NCBI GenBank assembly: GCA_965222375.1
Contig: CBDCTZ010000011.1
Span: 384,001 to 448,000 of the forward strand
From: Polyangiaceae bacterium
Lineage (GTDB): Bacteria; Myxococcota_A; Polyangia; Polyangiales; Polyangiaceae
Direction: 5' to 3'
Length of the DNA stretch: 64,000 nucleotides
Positions 37,108 through 47,328 of this stretch are shown here, piece by piece; within the stretch, counting starts at the first letter, position 1, and each line of letters opens with the position of its first letter. Both the position numbers and the translations under genes were made by a program. Under the pieces are notes generated by a model that was not told the origin of the DNA, ran no database searches, and saw only the letters and a program-made list of their open reading frames with translations.

Positions 37108-39816
37108 ATGACCCAACGAATCTACCGATTTGCACCTGGAAAAGCTGACGGCCGCACTGGAGACAAGGCTCTCCTGGGTGGCAAAGGCGCCAACCTGGCA
37201 GAGATGGCGAGCCTGGGCATTCCCGTGCCCGAGGGCTTCACCATCACGACGGAGGTCTGCACGGAATACAACGCGGCGGGGCGCATTCCCGACGGGCTGG
37301 AAGACCAAGTGCGTGAGGCGATGACTTGGTTGGAACAGGAAACCGGGAAGAAGTTCGGGGATCCGAACAACCCGTTGTTAGTGAGCGTTCGCAGCGGTGC
37401 CCGCGCCAGCATGCCTGGCATGATGGACACCATCTTGAACCTCGGGTTGACGGATGAAGTCGCGGAGGGGTTGGCCAAGAAGACCGACAACCCGCGGTTC
37501 GCGTACGACGCCTATCGCCGCCTTCTGACCATGTACGGCAACGTCGTGCTCGACGCTGAGCACGGCATTTTCGAAGCCGGTCTGACCGAGGCACGGCGCA
37601 AGCTTGCCAAGCAGCTAGGCATCGACGCCCCAGATGATGATGAAGAGTTGGGACGCGTCGTTCCAGACTCGAAGCTCAGCGCGGAGCTCCTGCAGGAACT
37701 CGTTGAACAATTCAAAACCAAGCTGGCGCAGAGCACGAGCGGCTTTCCCGCGGATCCTTTTCAACAGCTCATGGGTTCGGTGGAGGCTGTGTTCAAGAGC
37801 TGGCAGAATCCGAGGGCCAAGTTGTATCGGAAGATGCATGACATCCCCGGCGAGTGGGGCACGGCGGTGAACGTGCAAGCGATGGTCTTCGGCAATCTCG
37901 GCGATACCAGCGCGACCGGCGTCGCGTTCACCCGGGACCCGAGTACCGGCGAAAAACGCTTCTTCGGCGAGTGGCTCCCGAACGCTCAGGGCGAGGACGT
38001 GGTAGCCGGGATCCGCACTCCCCGAGTCATCGCGAAGTCCTCGGACTCTGAGGGAGCGTCCTTGGAAGAGGCGATGCCGGAGAACTACAAGCAGCTGTTC
38101 GAGTTGCAGGAGAAACTCGAGAATCACTTCCGTGACATGCAGGACCTCGAGTTCACCATCGAGGACAAGAAGCTCTACATGTTGCAGACCCGTAACGGGA
38201 AGCGAGCGGCCCGTGCGGAGGTCAAGATTGCTGTCGACATGGTGGCGGAAGGGCTGATTGACGAGAAGACTGCACTGCTGCGGGTGGACCCGGACCGCCT
38301 CGAGCAGCTGCTGTTTCCGTCGGTCGATCCGAAGAGCGATGCCAAGCCCATTGCGACGGGTCTGCCCGCATCGCCTGGCGCGGTCACCGGACGGGTGGTG
38401 TTCAGTGCGGATGAGGCCGAGCAGCGCGCCAACGAAGGCGAGGACGTGATTCTGGTTCGCGTCGAGACGTCCCCGGAAGATCTCCATGGGATGAACGCGG
38501 CGAAGGGTATTCTGACCGCACGAGGAGGTGCGACGAGTCACGCAGCGGTTGTCGCTCGAGGCATGGGGCGAGCCTGTGTGGTGGGTTGTTCCGCCATCAG
38601 CATCGACTACGAGCTGCAGCTCCTGACGGCACGCCAAGGCTCCCAAGACCCGGTCATCGTGCGGCTGGGTGAGGTCATCACCATCGACGGATCCAGCGGT
38701 GGTGTGTTCGTGGGCGACGTGAAGAAGATCGAGCCCGAGATGGGCGGCGAAATGGAGCAGCTCATGAACTGGGCGGATAAACATCGCCGCATGCGGGTCC
38801 GCGCCAACGCTGACACTCCAGGGCAGGCCAACAAGGCGCGGGCCTTGGGCGCCGAGGGCATTGGCCTATGCCGTACGGAGCACATGTTCTTCGACGAAGA
38901 TCGCATTCGCGCCGTGCGGGAGATGATCCTTTCTAGTGGTGAGGAGCCTCGTCGCAAGGCCCTGGCCAAGCTGCTGCCGTTCCAGACCAATGACTTCGTC
39001 GAGCTGTTTCGAGAAATGAAGGGGCTACCCGTCAACATTCGGCTTCTGGATCCGCCGCTGCACGAGTTCCTGCCTCAGGAAGATGTGCAGATCAAAGAGC
39101 TGGCCCAAGACATGGGCGTTAGCGTCGAGGACATCGCGCGCAAGATTGACGAGCTGCACGAGTTCAACCCGATGTTGGGCCATCGGGGTGTACGCCTGGC
39201 CGTGAGCTTTCCCGAAATCAGCGAGATGCAGGTGCGCGCCATCTTGTCGGCCGCGTGTACGGTGAAGAAAGAGGGCATCGAGGTACTGCCCGAAATCATG
39301 ATCCCGCTGTCCTTGAGCAAGCGCGAACTCGAGCTGATGCACGCGGTGGTCCAGCGCGTCGAAAAGGACGTTTTCGGCGAGGCCGGCGTGAGTGTGAAGT
39401 ACAAGTTCGGAACCATGATCGAACTGCCTCGGGCGGCACTGCTAGCTCGGGAGATCGCGGAGATCTGCGAGTTCTTCTCCTTCGGCACCAACGACCTGAC
39501 CCAAACCTGTCTCGGCTTATCGCGAGACGACGCCGGGAAGTTTCTGCCGCAATATGTCGACCAGGGGATCTTCTCGCGAGATCCTTTTGTTTCGCTGGAT
39601 CAGAGTGGAGCCGGGGAGCTGGTCAAGATCGCCGTGGAGCGAGGCAAAGCTCAGCGCCAAGACATCTCACTTGGGATCTGCGGCGAGCATGGCGGCGACC
39701 CCGCGAGCATCCGTTTCTTCAACAGCGTCGGCCTTGCATACGTATCGTGTTCGCCGTTTCGCGTGCCGATAGCTCGACTGGCGGCGGCGCAGGCTGCCCT
39801 TGAAAAGGCCAGTTGA
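37108..39816 (+). CDS. ppdK: Pyruvate, phosphate dikinase
   Basis: LLGGKGANLAEM, PLLVSVRSGA, GGATSHAAVVARG, GLCRTEHMF, GICGEHGGDP. Confidence 0.98.
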   Translation: MTQRIYRFAPGKADGRTGDKALLGGKGANLAEMASLGIPVPEGFTITTEVCTEYNAAGRIPDGLEDQVREAMTWLEQETGKKFGDPNNPLLVSVRSGARASMPGMMDTILNLGLTDEVAEGLAKKTDNPRFAYDAYRRLLTMYGNVVLDAEHGIFEAGLTEARRKLAKQLGIDAPDDDEELGRVVPDSKLSAELLQELVEQFKTKLAQSTSGFPADPFQQLMGSVEAVFKSWQNPRAKLYRKMHDIPGEWGTAVNVQAMVFGNLGDTSATGVAFTRDPSTGEKRFFGEWLPNAQGEDVVAGIRTPRVIAKSSDSEGASLEEAMPENYKQLFELQEKLENHFRDMQDLEFTIEDKKLYMLQTRNGKRAARAEVKIAVDMVAEGLIDEKTALLRVDPDRLEQLLFPSVDPKSDAKPIATGLPASPGAVTGRVVFSADEAEQRANEGEDVILVRVETSPEDLHGMNAAKGILTARGGATSHAAVVARGMGRACVVGCSAISIDYELQLLTARQGSQDPVIVRLGEVITIDGSSGGVFVGDVKKIEPEMGGEMEQLMNWADKHRRMRVRANADTPGQANKARALGAEGIGLCRTEHMFFDEDRIRAVREMILSSGEEPRRKALAKLLPFQTNDFVELFREMKGLPVNIRLLDPPLHEFLPQEDVQIKELAQDMGVSVEDIARKIDELHEFNPMLGHRGVRLAVSFPEISEMQVRAILSAACTVKKEGIEVLPEIMIPLSLSKRELELMHAVVQRVEKDVFGEAGVSVKYKFGTMIELPRAALLAREIAEICEFFSFGTNDLTQTCLGLSRDDAGKFLPQYVDQGIFSRDPFVSLDQSGAGELVKIAVERGKAQRQDISLGICGEHGGDPASIRFFNSVGLAYVSCSPFRVPIARLAAAQAALEKAS

Positions 39817-39874
39817 CCGCGGGCATCTCGTCGGCGCCTTTGCGGGGCAGGCCCCTTGAAGGTATGCTTCGCTC

Positions 39875-40180
39875 GTGCCGCCCAAGAAGGAAGGCCCCAA
39901 GAGGTTGCCGAGTTTTTCTCGCAGTGCTCGCGGAATGCTGAGCAAGAGCGAGAACGTCGTGATCGACAAGGCCAAGGACGGGTGCGATGAAGTCCCGGGC
40001 ATTGACGACGACGGATTGATCCCAGCGCAGCACTGCAGCCACGGCAGTCACGGCAGCCACGGTAGCCACGGTAGCCACGGCAGCCACGGCAGCCACGGCA
40101 GCCACGGCAGTCACGGTAGCCACGGCAGTCACGGCAGCCACGGCAGCCACGGCAGCCACGGCAGCCACGGTTCTTGGTAG
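39875..40180 (+). CDS. His-Xaa-Ser repeat peptide (HxsA-type putative RiPP precursor)
   Basis: 52-aa leader, then HCS-(HGS)15-W-stop; variation in the 9-bp repeat is only synonymous. Confidence 0.8.
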   Translation: MPPKKEGPKRLPSFSRSARGMLSKSENVVIDKAKDGCDEVPGIDDDGLIPAQHCSHGSHGSHGSHGSHGSHGSHGSHGSHGSHGSHGSHGSHGSHGSHGSW

Positions 40181-40289
40181 GCGAGCGCTGAAGCGCGCCG
40201 CGGCGCGAGCCCAGCTCGAAGGCTGAAACGACGGGCAGTGGACGTCGGGCTGTGACTTCACTACATCACGCGCCGAGGAGGAGCTGCCT

Positions 40290-41384
40290 ATGAGAACACG
40301 TCTGCCCGAAATTGGGGTCCTGATTAGCGTCGTCGCCATCGCGGCGTGCGACGAAAAGAAAACGCCGTCGCCATCGAAGTCCGCGGCACCTGCCGCGACC
40401 AAGTCGGCGCCAGCTCCTGCAAAGCTGACTCTGCCCCATGACTTGGGGCAAGTGGCTATCCCTCAAGACAACCCGCAGACGGCTGCCAAAGTCAAACTGG
40501 GGCACCAGCTCTTCTTCGACAAGCGCCTGAGCAAGGACGGCAGTCGGTCTTGTTACTCTTGCCACATGAACGAGAACGGCAATGGTGGCAAAGAGCCCAT
40601 GGCGATCGGCGCCGGGGAAAAGCAGCTGACACGCCACAGCCCGGTGATTTGGAACGTCGGCTACCTCGGGTCCTTCTATTGGGACGGCCGCGCCGGCTCC
40701 CTCGAGGCCCAAGCCAAGGGCGCCTGGGGCGGCGGCAACATGGGTGTCGGAAAAGACAACTTGGAAAAGAAGGCGAAGGAGATCGAAAAGATCGCCGACT
40801 ACAAGAAGCAGTTCAGCGCGGTGTTTCCGAAGGAGGGAGTCACCCCAGATACGATCGCCAAGGCCATTGCCTCCTATGAGCGCACGCTGCTGTGCAACGA
40901 CACCGCCTACGACAAATACGCCAAAGGTGACAAGAAGGCCCTAAACGACGATCAGATCAAAGGGCTGGAGCTGTTCATGGGCAAGGCTGGCTGCAGTGTG
41001 TGCCACGCCCCGGCCCACTTTTCCACGGCCTATGGCGTCAAGGAGGGCGTGTACTTCAACACTGGCATCGGCACCAAAGACAAGAAGGAAGACGAGGTCG
41101 ACGTCGGTCGCCAGAAGATCAGCGAAAAAGACGCCGACTGGGCAGCTTTCAAGGTCCCCACCCTACGCAACATCAGCAAGACCGCGCCCTACTTCCACGA
41201 TGGCTCCGTCGCCACGCTCGATGAGGCAGTCAAGATCATGGCCAGCGGCGGGCACAAGAACAAGAACCTCTCACCGGTCTTGACCGACAAGAAGCTCACC
41301 GACGCGGAAGTGAAGTCCATCGTCGCGTTCTTGGGCGGACTGGATTGCGGCAAGACGCTGGAAGAGCCGGAACTGCCGAAGTAA
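40290..41384 (+). CDS. Di-heme cytochrome c peroxidase / MauG family lipoprotein
   Basis: LG.QLFFDKRLS, CYSCH, FYWDGRA, CSVCH, FKVPTLRNI..TAPYFHDG; GAGGAG RBS. Confidence 0.93.
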   Translation: MRTRLPEIGVLISVVAIAACDEKKTPSPSKSAAPAATKSAPAPAKLTLPHDLGQVAIPQDNPQTAAKVKLGHQLFFDKRLSKDGSRSCYSCHMNENGNGGKEPMAIGAGEKQLTRHSPVIWNVGYLGSFYWDGRAGSLEAQAKGAWGGGNMGVGKDNLEKKAKEIEKIADYKKQFSAVFPKEGVTPDTIAKAIASYERTLLCNDTAYDKYAKGDKKALNDDQIKGLELFMGKAGCSVCHAPAHFSTAYGVKEGVYFNTGIGTKDKKEDEVDVGRQKISEKDADWAAFKVPTLRNISKTAPYFHDGSVATLDEAVKIMASGGHKNKNLSPVLTDKKLTDAEVKSIVAFLGGLDCGKTLEEPELPK

Positions 41385-41632
41385 CGCCATGGTCGTGCGC
41401 ACGCGGCGACTCACGGAAGCGCACCGAACGATCGTTCGCGCAAGACGCGCACAACCTGAGATCCTGCATATTAGCGCGCAACTCGGCGCCACGACGATCG
41501 AGGGATGGAATTCACGGGTACAATCCCTGGATCTGCCTTTTATGCTCGGGCTGGACGTGCCGCCGCCTCGCGCTGGTGCCTCCCTGGCGTCGTGTTCCAC
41601 GGCCGAAGGCAAGATGTGGGATGTGTCCGTTC

Positions 41633-42565
41633 TCAAGGTCGACAGATTGCGGGGATCGAAAGGTCGTCAAGAACCTCCACGTTCGTCGCGGTTTTGGAGA
41701 CGCTTGGTGCTTTGGGCCTAAACGATTTTGCACCAGGCAGGCAGGTTGAATCCTTGAAGGCAATCGCGTTGCCTTGACATGCGCTCCCGGAAAACACATC
41801 GAAATTGGCGTCGTCCACAAACTCGTTGTTCATGGCGCCACACTGTGATTCGGAATACAAGGTCTCGGCAACCCAACCTGCTGGAGGCGGCTGGTACTGG
41901 TGCTCTGTTTCTAGAGGAACGCACACGGAGCCAAGACTCTTGGGAATGCAGAAGCTGTCACCGGGGCATGTCGCGCTTACCAGTGATGCGACCGGACAGT
42001 ATGTCTCATCGAACACCATCGACGGCTTGGACGGTTGGCAGGTCCAGAACAGCTGGGACTGGTCAAAGTAGCCTGACTCTCCCGCCGGAAGGTCGACGCA
42101 TGTGGTGTAGTCCTGGAGGGACGACGTGTAGCTGGGATTCTTGGGAGGAGCGCCCGTCGAATTGCACGCGCCGGAGTAGAAGCTGTACCCCGACGAGTAA
42201 CACGTGACGGGTGGACACAGCGATGGGTTGGGCATCCTGTATAGCGGGGCGGGTGGGCAGGCTTTCGCTGACGATTTCAGGATCGCCCCGACAGCAACGC
42301 CGGCCTTGGGGATGCAGTCGCAGTTGCCGCCACCCTGACCTGCGTCACCGCCTAGACCTCCGATTCCCCCAGTGCCTCCGCCGCCTAGACCCCCAATTCC
42401 CCCAGTGCCTCCGCCGCCTAGCCCCCCGGTACCCCCGCCTGCGAGGCCTGCGCTGCCCGCTGCGTTCCCCGAGCCACTCCCATCACTGCTACACGCCGGC
42501 AGCGTGGCGGCTACGACGACTACGCTGCTGAGAGTCGTGATCCAACATGCCGTGAATGTGCCCAT
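41633..42565 (-). CDS. Cys-rich hypothetical lipoprotein with Gly linker
   Basis: LPAC lipobox, GGGGTGGIGGL repeats; sigma54 promoter upstream. Confidence 0.75.
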   Translation of the reverse strand: MGTFTACWITTLSSVVVVAATLPACSSDGSGSGNAAGSAGLAGGGTGGLGGGGTGGIGGLGGGGTGGIGGLGGDAGQGGGNCDCIPKAGVAVGAILKSSAKACPPAPLYRMPNPSLCPPVTCYSSGYSFYSGACNSTGAPPKNPSYTSSLQDYTTCVDLPAGESGYFDQSQLFWTCQPSKPSMVFDETYCPVASLVSATCPGDSFCIPKSLGSVCVPLETEHQYQPPPAGWVAETLYSESQCGAMNNEFVDDANFDVFSGSACQGNAIAFKDSTCLPGAKSFRPKAPSVSKTATNVEVLDDLSIPAICRP

Positions 42566-42618
42566 TGCAAGCTCCTCTCGAAAGGTCGGCAGTAACCACC
42601 CACTCGACTTCGTTACAA

Positions 42619-42634
42619 CGCAACACGCGTGCCA
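42619..42634 (-). promoter_or_regulatory. Sigma-54 (-24/-12) promoter
   Basis: TGGCACG-CGTG-TTGC consensus about 55 bp upstream of the ATG at 42565. Confidence 0.75.
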
Positions 42635-43081
42635 TGTACAAGCGACGCAATCATGTGGATTTGGTACACATTTTCGGACCTATCAGCCACGCACAAGCTG
42701 GTACGTGCCTGGCGCCTCAGTCCGGTGGTCGGGTTCAGCGTACCGGCCGAACGCCGCAAAACGGCGAACCTCGTCCCGCAGATGATGGGACATCGGCGCG
42801 GCTCAGCTGATCCCGACAAGAACGTCGAGGCCACCGCGCGCACAGGTCTCCCCTGAGTTCCCCCGCTAGAGCCCTCGGCCACTCACCCGAACATGGCTTA
42901 AGGCTTGTGGGCGATGTAGACGAGTAGCAGTCTCATTTCGCCCAGCGGAGCGGACACCATCTCTCCACCGATCTGCAGGCCAAGCGCATACTTGAAGTTG
43001 AAGCTATGGACACTGCGAGAGGTCGATGGGCACAGCGTAGAGCTCTAGCGCGCCCCAGCGGTCATCGGGCCAGACCCACTA

Positions 43082-44353
43082 TTAGCTTCTTAGCGCGCCT
43101 CGGGCCGCTTCGATCGTTGCGTCGATGTCCGCGTCCGTATGAGCTGCGCTGATGAACGCGGCTTCGAATGCCGATGCGGGCCAGTACACGCCCTTGGCCA
43201 GCAGGCCCGCGTGGAACTTGGCGAAGCGATCCCGATCCGTCGCACCCGAGTCTTGCCAGTTTCGGATCGGCCCGGGGTGGAAGAAGAGCGTGATCATCGA
43301 ACCCACACGCTGCACACACGCGCTCAGCTTGGTCTCGGCGATTGCTGCTTCGAGGCCGGCTTGTAGGCGTGCTCCCAGCTGTTCGAGCGTGTCGTACACT
43401 TCTGGGGTCAGGCGCTGCAGCGTAGCGAGGCCCGCGCTGACTGCGGCCGGGTTGCCGCTCAAAGTCCCCGCTTGGTACACGGGCCCGACCGGTGCGATCT
43501 TCTCCATTACGTCCCGACGCCCACCGTAAACGGCCAGGGGCATGCCGCCACCAACCACTTTGCCCAGGCAAGTCAGGTCCGGGCGGATTGAGAAGCGTTC
43601 CTGAGCTCCGCCTCGGGCCAAGCGGCAGCCGGTCATGACTTCGTCGAAAATCAGCAGCGCGCCATGCTTTTCAGTCACTGCGCGTAGGGCTTCGAGATAG
43701 CCGTCGACGGGCGGTACGCAACCCATGTTGCCGACCACGGGCTCCACGATGACGGCAGCAATGTCCTTGCCTCGCTCGTCGAAAAGGGCACTGAGCGCCT
43801 CTGCGTCATTGAAACCCAAGTTGATGGTCTTTTCGACGATGCTCTTTGGCACGCCGGCGGAGTCCGGGGTGCCAAAGGTTGCAGCGCCGCTGCCAGCAGC
43901 GACGAGCAACGCATCCGAATGGCCGTGGTAGCAGCCATCGAACTTCACGAATAAGTCACGGCCCGTGAAGCCGCGTGCCGCCCTCAGCGCACTCATGGTC
44001 GCCTCGGTGCCGCTGGATACGCAGCGCATCATCTCGATGTTCGGGTACACCTGGGTAATGGTCTCGGCAAAGCGCACCTCCAGCTCCGTGGGCGCGCCGA
44101 AGGACAGACCTCGCTCGGCCGCCGCCTGAACGCTGCGAACTACGTCGGGCTGGGCGTGGCCCAAGATCGCGGGGCCCCAGGAGCCGACGTAGTCGATGTA
44201 CTCTCGATCATCGACATCCCACAAGCGGGCCCCCGACGCATTCGCGATGAAGGGTGGGTGGCCACCGACGGCGCGGTAGGCGCGGACGGGGCTGTTGACC
44301 CCGCCGGGCATGAGTTTCTCTGCGCGCTCCAGCAGTGCGGCGTTCTTCGACAT
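43082..44353 (-). CDS. hemL: Glutamate-1-semialdehyde 2,1-aminomutase
   Basis: PGGVNSPVRA, SGTEATMSA, GCYHGH, FDEVMTG, GKVVGGG.P, QAGTLSGNP. Confidence 0.97.
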   Translation of the reverse strand: MSKNAALLERAEKLMPGGVNSPVRAYRAVGGHPPFIANASGARLWDVDDREYIDYVGSWGPAILGHAQPDVVRSVQAAAERGLSFGAPTELEVRFAETITQVYPNIEMMRCVSSGTEATMSALRAARGFTGRDLFVKFDGCYHGHSDALLVAAGSGAATFGTPDSAGVPKSIVEKTINLGFNDAEALSALFDERGKDIAAVIVEPVVGNMGCVPPVDGYLEALRAVTEKHGALLIFDEVMTGCRLARGGAQERFSIRPDLTCLGKVVGGGMPLAVYGGRRDVMEKIAPVGPVYQAGTLSGNPAAVSAGLATLQRLTPEVYDTLEQLGARLQAGLEAAIAETKLSACVQRVGSMITLFFHPGPIRNWQDSGATDRDRFAKFHAGLLAKGVYWPASAFEAAFISAAHTDADIDATIEAARGALRS

Positions 44354-44481
44354 GGCTCGGTCATAGCCCGATCGCGTCGGGCTTGGGAGAGCTCTCGGTC
44401 GAGCTTTTATCGCGAGCCGGCGTTTCCGGTGGGATTTGACGACTGCGAGCCGCAGGGTGAGGATGCCTGTCGCTAAGTCCC

Positions 44482-45483
44482 GTGACTACCGCAGCCTCCG
44501 CTCAAGCTACCGAAGCGCTACAGCCCGGCGCCCAGCTGGGGCCCTACAGGCTGCTGTGTGCGGTCGCGCAAGGCGGCATGGCGCGGGTTTGGGCCGCGCG
44601 GCATCAGCCGTCCGCCACCATCGTGGCAGTGAAGACGATTCGGCCGGAGTATGCTGCAGACCCGGGTTTTCAGTCGTTGTTCATGGACGAAGCCCGCTAC
44701 GCCTCGAGCGTGAAGCATCCGGCCGTGGCGCATGTTTTCGGCCTGGGAGAGTCCGGAGGCGTGTTGTTCATTGCGATGGAGTGGGTGGTTGGCGAAAGCC
44801 TGGCGCGCATCTTGAAGCCCAACAAAGGAGCACCGACGGAGCCCATCCCTCCGGTGATGGCCGCGCGACTCATCGCTGATGCTTGCGAGGCACTGCACGC
44901 AGCCCACGAAATCAAAGATGAAGAAGGTCGAACCATCCGCCTTGTGCATTGCGATGTGTCGCTGCAAAACCTACTCGTCACCATGGACGGGGGCGTTAAG
45001 CTCGTCGATTTCGGAGTTGCCCGCGCGTTGCGCGCTCAATCAGCTTCTGACATACCGAAGCGGGACGGCAAGGCGGCGTACATGGCGCCGGAGCACGCGG
45101 CGGGCAAACACGTCAGCCGTTTGAGTGATGTGTTCACGCTGGGGATTTGCCTGTACGAGATTTCTACGGGCGTGCGCCCATTCTCGGCCGGATCTTGGGA
45201 TGCGACGATCGAGCGCCTGCTCGCGGGGGAGTTCCAGTCGCCCGAGGAGATCATCCCGGACTATCCGCCGGCGCTGGCTAGAATCCTCGCCCGGGCCATG
45301 GCGCCATCCCCCGCGCACCGCTTTCCCTCGGCGATGCGCATGCGCGCGGCGCTGGAGGACTTCTTGCGGGTTGCCAGGGTCCGCGCGGGCGCCCAAGAAG
45401 TGGCGGCCTTCCTGCGCCATCGCGCCGGTCGCCTGATCGACGAGCGGGAAGCCCACATCGCGCGCCAAGGCCAGGGCGGATGA
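44482..45483 (+). CDS. Ser/Thr protein kinase
   Basis: GGMARVW, VAVK, HCDVSLQN, DFGVA, YMAPE. Confidence 0.92.
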   Translation: MTTAASAQATEALQPGAQLGPYRLLCAVAQGGMARVWAARHQPSATIVAVKTIRPEYAADPGFQSLFMDEARYASSVKHPAVAHVFGLGESGGVLFIAMEWVVGESLARILKPNKGAPTEPIPPVMAARLIADACEALHAAHEIKDEEGRTIRLVHCDVSLQNLLVTMDGGVKLVDFGVARALRAQSASDIPKRDGKAAYMAPEHAAGKHVSRLSDVFTLGICLYEISTGVRPFSAGSWDATIERLLAGEFQSPEEIIPDYPPALARILARAMAPSPAHRFPSAMRMRAALEDFLRVARVRAGAQEVAAFLRHRAGRLIDEREAHIARQGQGG

Positions 45484-45592
45484 CGGCTCGGCGGAACTTT
45501 CCACCCTGGCAAAAACCCGAAATTGAGGCTGTTCGACGCGTCTCAAATGTCCCACAATGTAGGTAGCTGTCGCACACGAAAGGCAAACCCTC

Positions 45593-47209
45593 ATGCGCTC
45601 CACGATTCGCATTGCTTCGCTTCTGTTGGTATCCGGCCTGGCCCTTTGCGTCGGGGCGTGTTCCGCCAGTGACGACCCGGCGCCGGGAAGCGTAGCTGGG
45701 GACTCACCCTTCCAGTACGTGCCGCCGGGCAAGGCCGACGACTACCGCAGCACCAAGGGCAGCGAATACTCCCTGATCGCCCTCGACAGCATCACGCTCC
45801 CCAGCGAGGACCTGGCTCTAACGGGCGCTGAGCGACAAGCGCGGGCCGAAGAGTTGGTGCAGTTGCGCTTCAAGGCCCTCAGCTTCTTCATCTATGCCTA
45901 CCTGGGTGCCAAGAGCCGCAGCGACTCCAACTACGGATACGGCGGGTTCCGAACCACCGTGCGTCAGAAGACCTTTCAGAGCCAGGACATCACTGAGCGG
46001 GCCGGGGAGCCAGGCACTTACGACTTCATCTTCGAAGCCGAAGTTGGTGGTCCCAAGGACTTGCTCAGCAAGCTTCCTCTCACCGACAAGACCTTTCCTC
46101 TCACATTGCCCATCCTGACCACGGCTGAAGTCGAGTCGGGCAGCTACTCCTCGAAGTACAAGAAATTCGACCCTTCTGCGCATGCGCCAGAAGATCTGAC
46201 CAGCGTGGACGTGGAGATCGAAGAAAAGCCGTCGGAGCCGGATGCGTACCCGGAATACGCCGCGATGTTCGACGACGGATTGCTTGATGTCGCGATTCAC
46301 GTTGGCGGTGACTACAACGACGCCCGCTACGACCTGTCGACGGCCCGCGCCATCTTCGACCGACTGCAATCGGATCTCGACTTAGAAGCGCCTGTCGCCA
46401 GCTTTGACGATCTCAAGATCGACAGCGGCCCCTTCACCGGCAGGTTCGATTCGAATGGCAGCTCCGTGGATTTCCATGTCTATCTGATTCACCCAGACAT
46501 GAACAAAGAAGAAGGCGTGGGCTATCAGGGCCTGATCGACTCCTACAAGGCCAGCGCCGCAGTGCGCGACATCGTGATCTACGACGGACACGCGGGCTAC
46601 AACACGTCCTACAGCGGAATCGTCGTTCATTACAACCCGCGGCACGCCATTGCCGCTGACGACTTCGACACTCTCGATCTGCCCGACAAGTACCAGCTGT
46701 TCTTCTTCAACGGCTGCAAGACCTACACGTCTTACGCGGACGCGATGTACGACCACCCCGCCAAGAACAGCAAGAACCTCGACGTCATCACCACGGTCAA
46801 CTTCTCCTGGTTGTCGGAGATGACCCGGGTCACCACAGACTTCTTGAAGACCACGGTAGACACATCCGCCGGCACTCACGCGCCGCGCAGCTACGACCAA
46901 ACCCTGGGCAAATTGAACAGCGGCGGCAGTTGGGACGTCATCTACGGTGTGCACGGCCTCTCGGACAATCCCCGGATTTCGCCCTATGCGGACGCGGCGT
47001 CCCTCTGCTCTTCTTGCGATACCAACTCGGCCTGCCCCGGCGTCGACAATCTCTGCCTCAAGCTGTCACCAACCGCTGCCTACTGTGCGGTGGCGTGCAC
47101 CGACGACAGCGGTTGCCCTGAGGGCTATTCCTGCCAGTCCGCCGCAGCGTCCGGCAGCAGCGTCATCAGCTCCAGCCAGTGCGTGCCCAAAGCCCAGACC
47201 TGCAACTAG
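45593..47209 (+). CDS. Hypothetical lipoprotein with Cys-rich C-terminus
   Basis: VGAC lipobox; YDGHAG and FFNGC motifs; C-terminal Cys repeats. Confidence 0.8.
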   Translation: MRSTIRIASLLLVSGLALCVGACSASDDPAPGSVAGDSPFQYVPPGKADDYRSTKGSEYSLIALDSITLPSEDLALTGAERQARAEELVQLRFKALSFFIYAYLGAKSRSDSNYGYGGFRTTVRQKTFQSQDITERAGEPGTYDFIFEAEVGGPKDLLSKLPLTDKTFPLTLPILTTAEVESGSYSSKYKKFDPSAHAPEDLTSVDVEIEEKPSEPDAYPEYAAMFDDGLLDVAIHVGGDYNDARYDLSTARAIFDRLQSDLDLEAPVASFDDLKIDSGPFTGRFDSNGSSVDFHVYLIHPDMNKEEGVGYQGLIDSYKASAAVRDIVIYDGHAGYNTSYSGIVVHYNPRHAIAADDFDTLDLPDKYQLFFFNGCKTYTSYADAMYDHPAKNSKNLDVITTVNFSWLSEMTRVTTDFLKTTVDTSAGTHAPRSYDQTLGKLNSGGSWDVIYGVHGLSDNPRISPYADAASLCSSCDTNSACPGVDNLCLKLSPTAAYCAVACTDDSGCPEGYSCQSAAASGSSVISSSQCVPKAQTCN

Positions 47210-47328
47210 TTGCATCGATTCTGTTGGATCGCTGCAACTAGCTCTGTTTGTCGGGAGCACAGCTCCCGCCCCGCGGAAGTGAATTCCGCGGGGCCCCACC
47301 CTCAGGTTTCGGGGCCCCACCCCGAAAC
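47206..47328. repeat. Diverged single copy of the multi-hairpin element amplified at 22318-23445
   Basis: CTAGTTGCATCG...CTGTTTGTCGGGAGCACAGCTCCCGCCCCGC...GGGCCCCACCCTCAGGTTTCGG...CCCCGAAAC. Confidence 0.92.

Noticed and set aside
39719..40402. Minus-strand ORF with VAAVAA repeats
   Set aside because: Antisense shadow of the HGS repeat; the variation is synonymous only in the plus-strand reading
42640..43075. Short ORFs or gene fragment between the lipoprotein gene and hemL
   Set aside because: No convincing start, RBS or family motif
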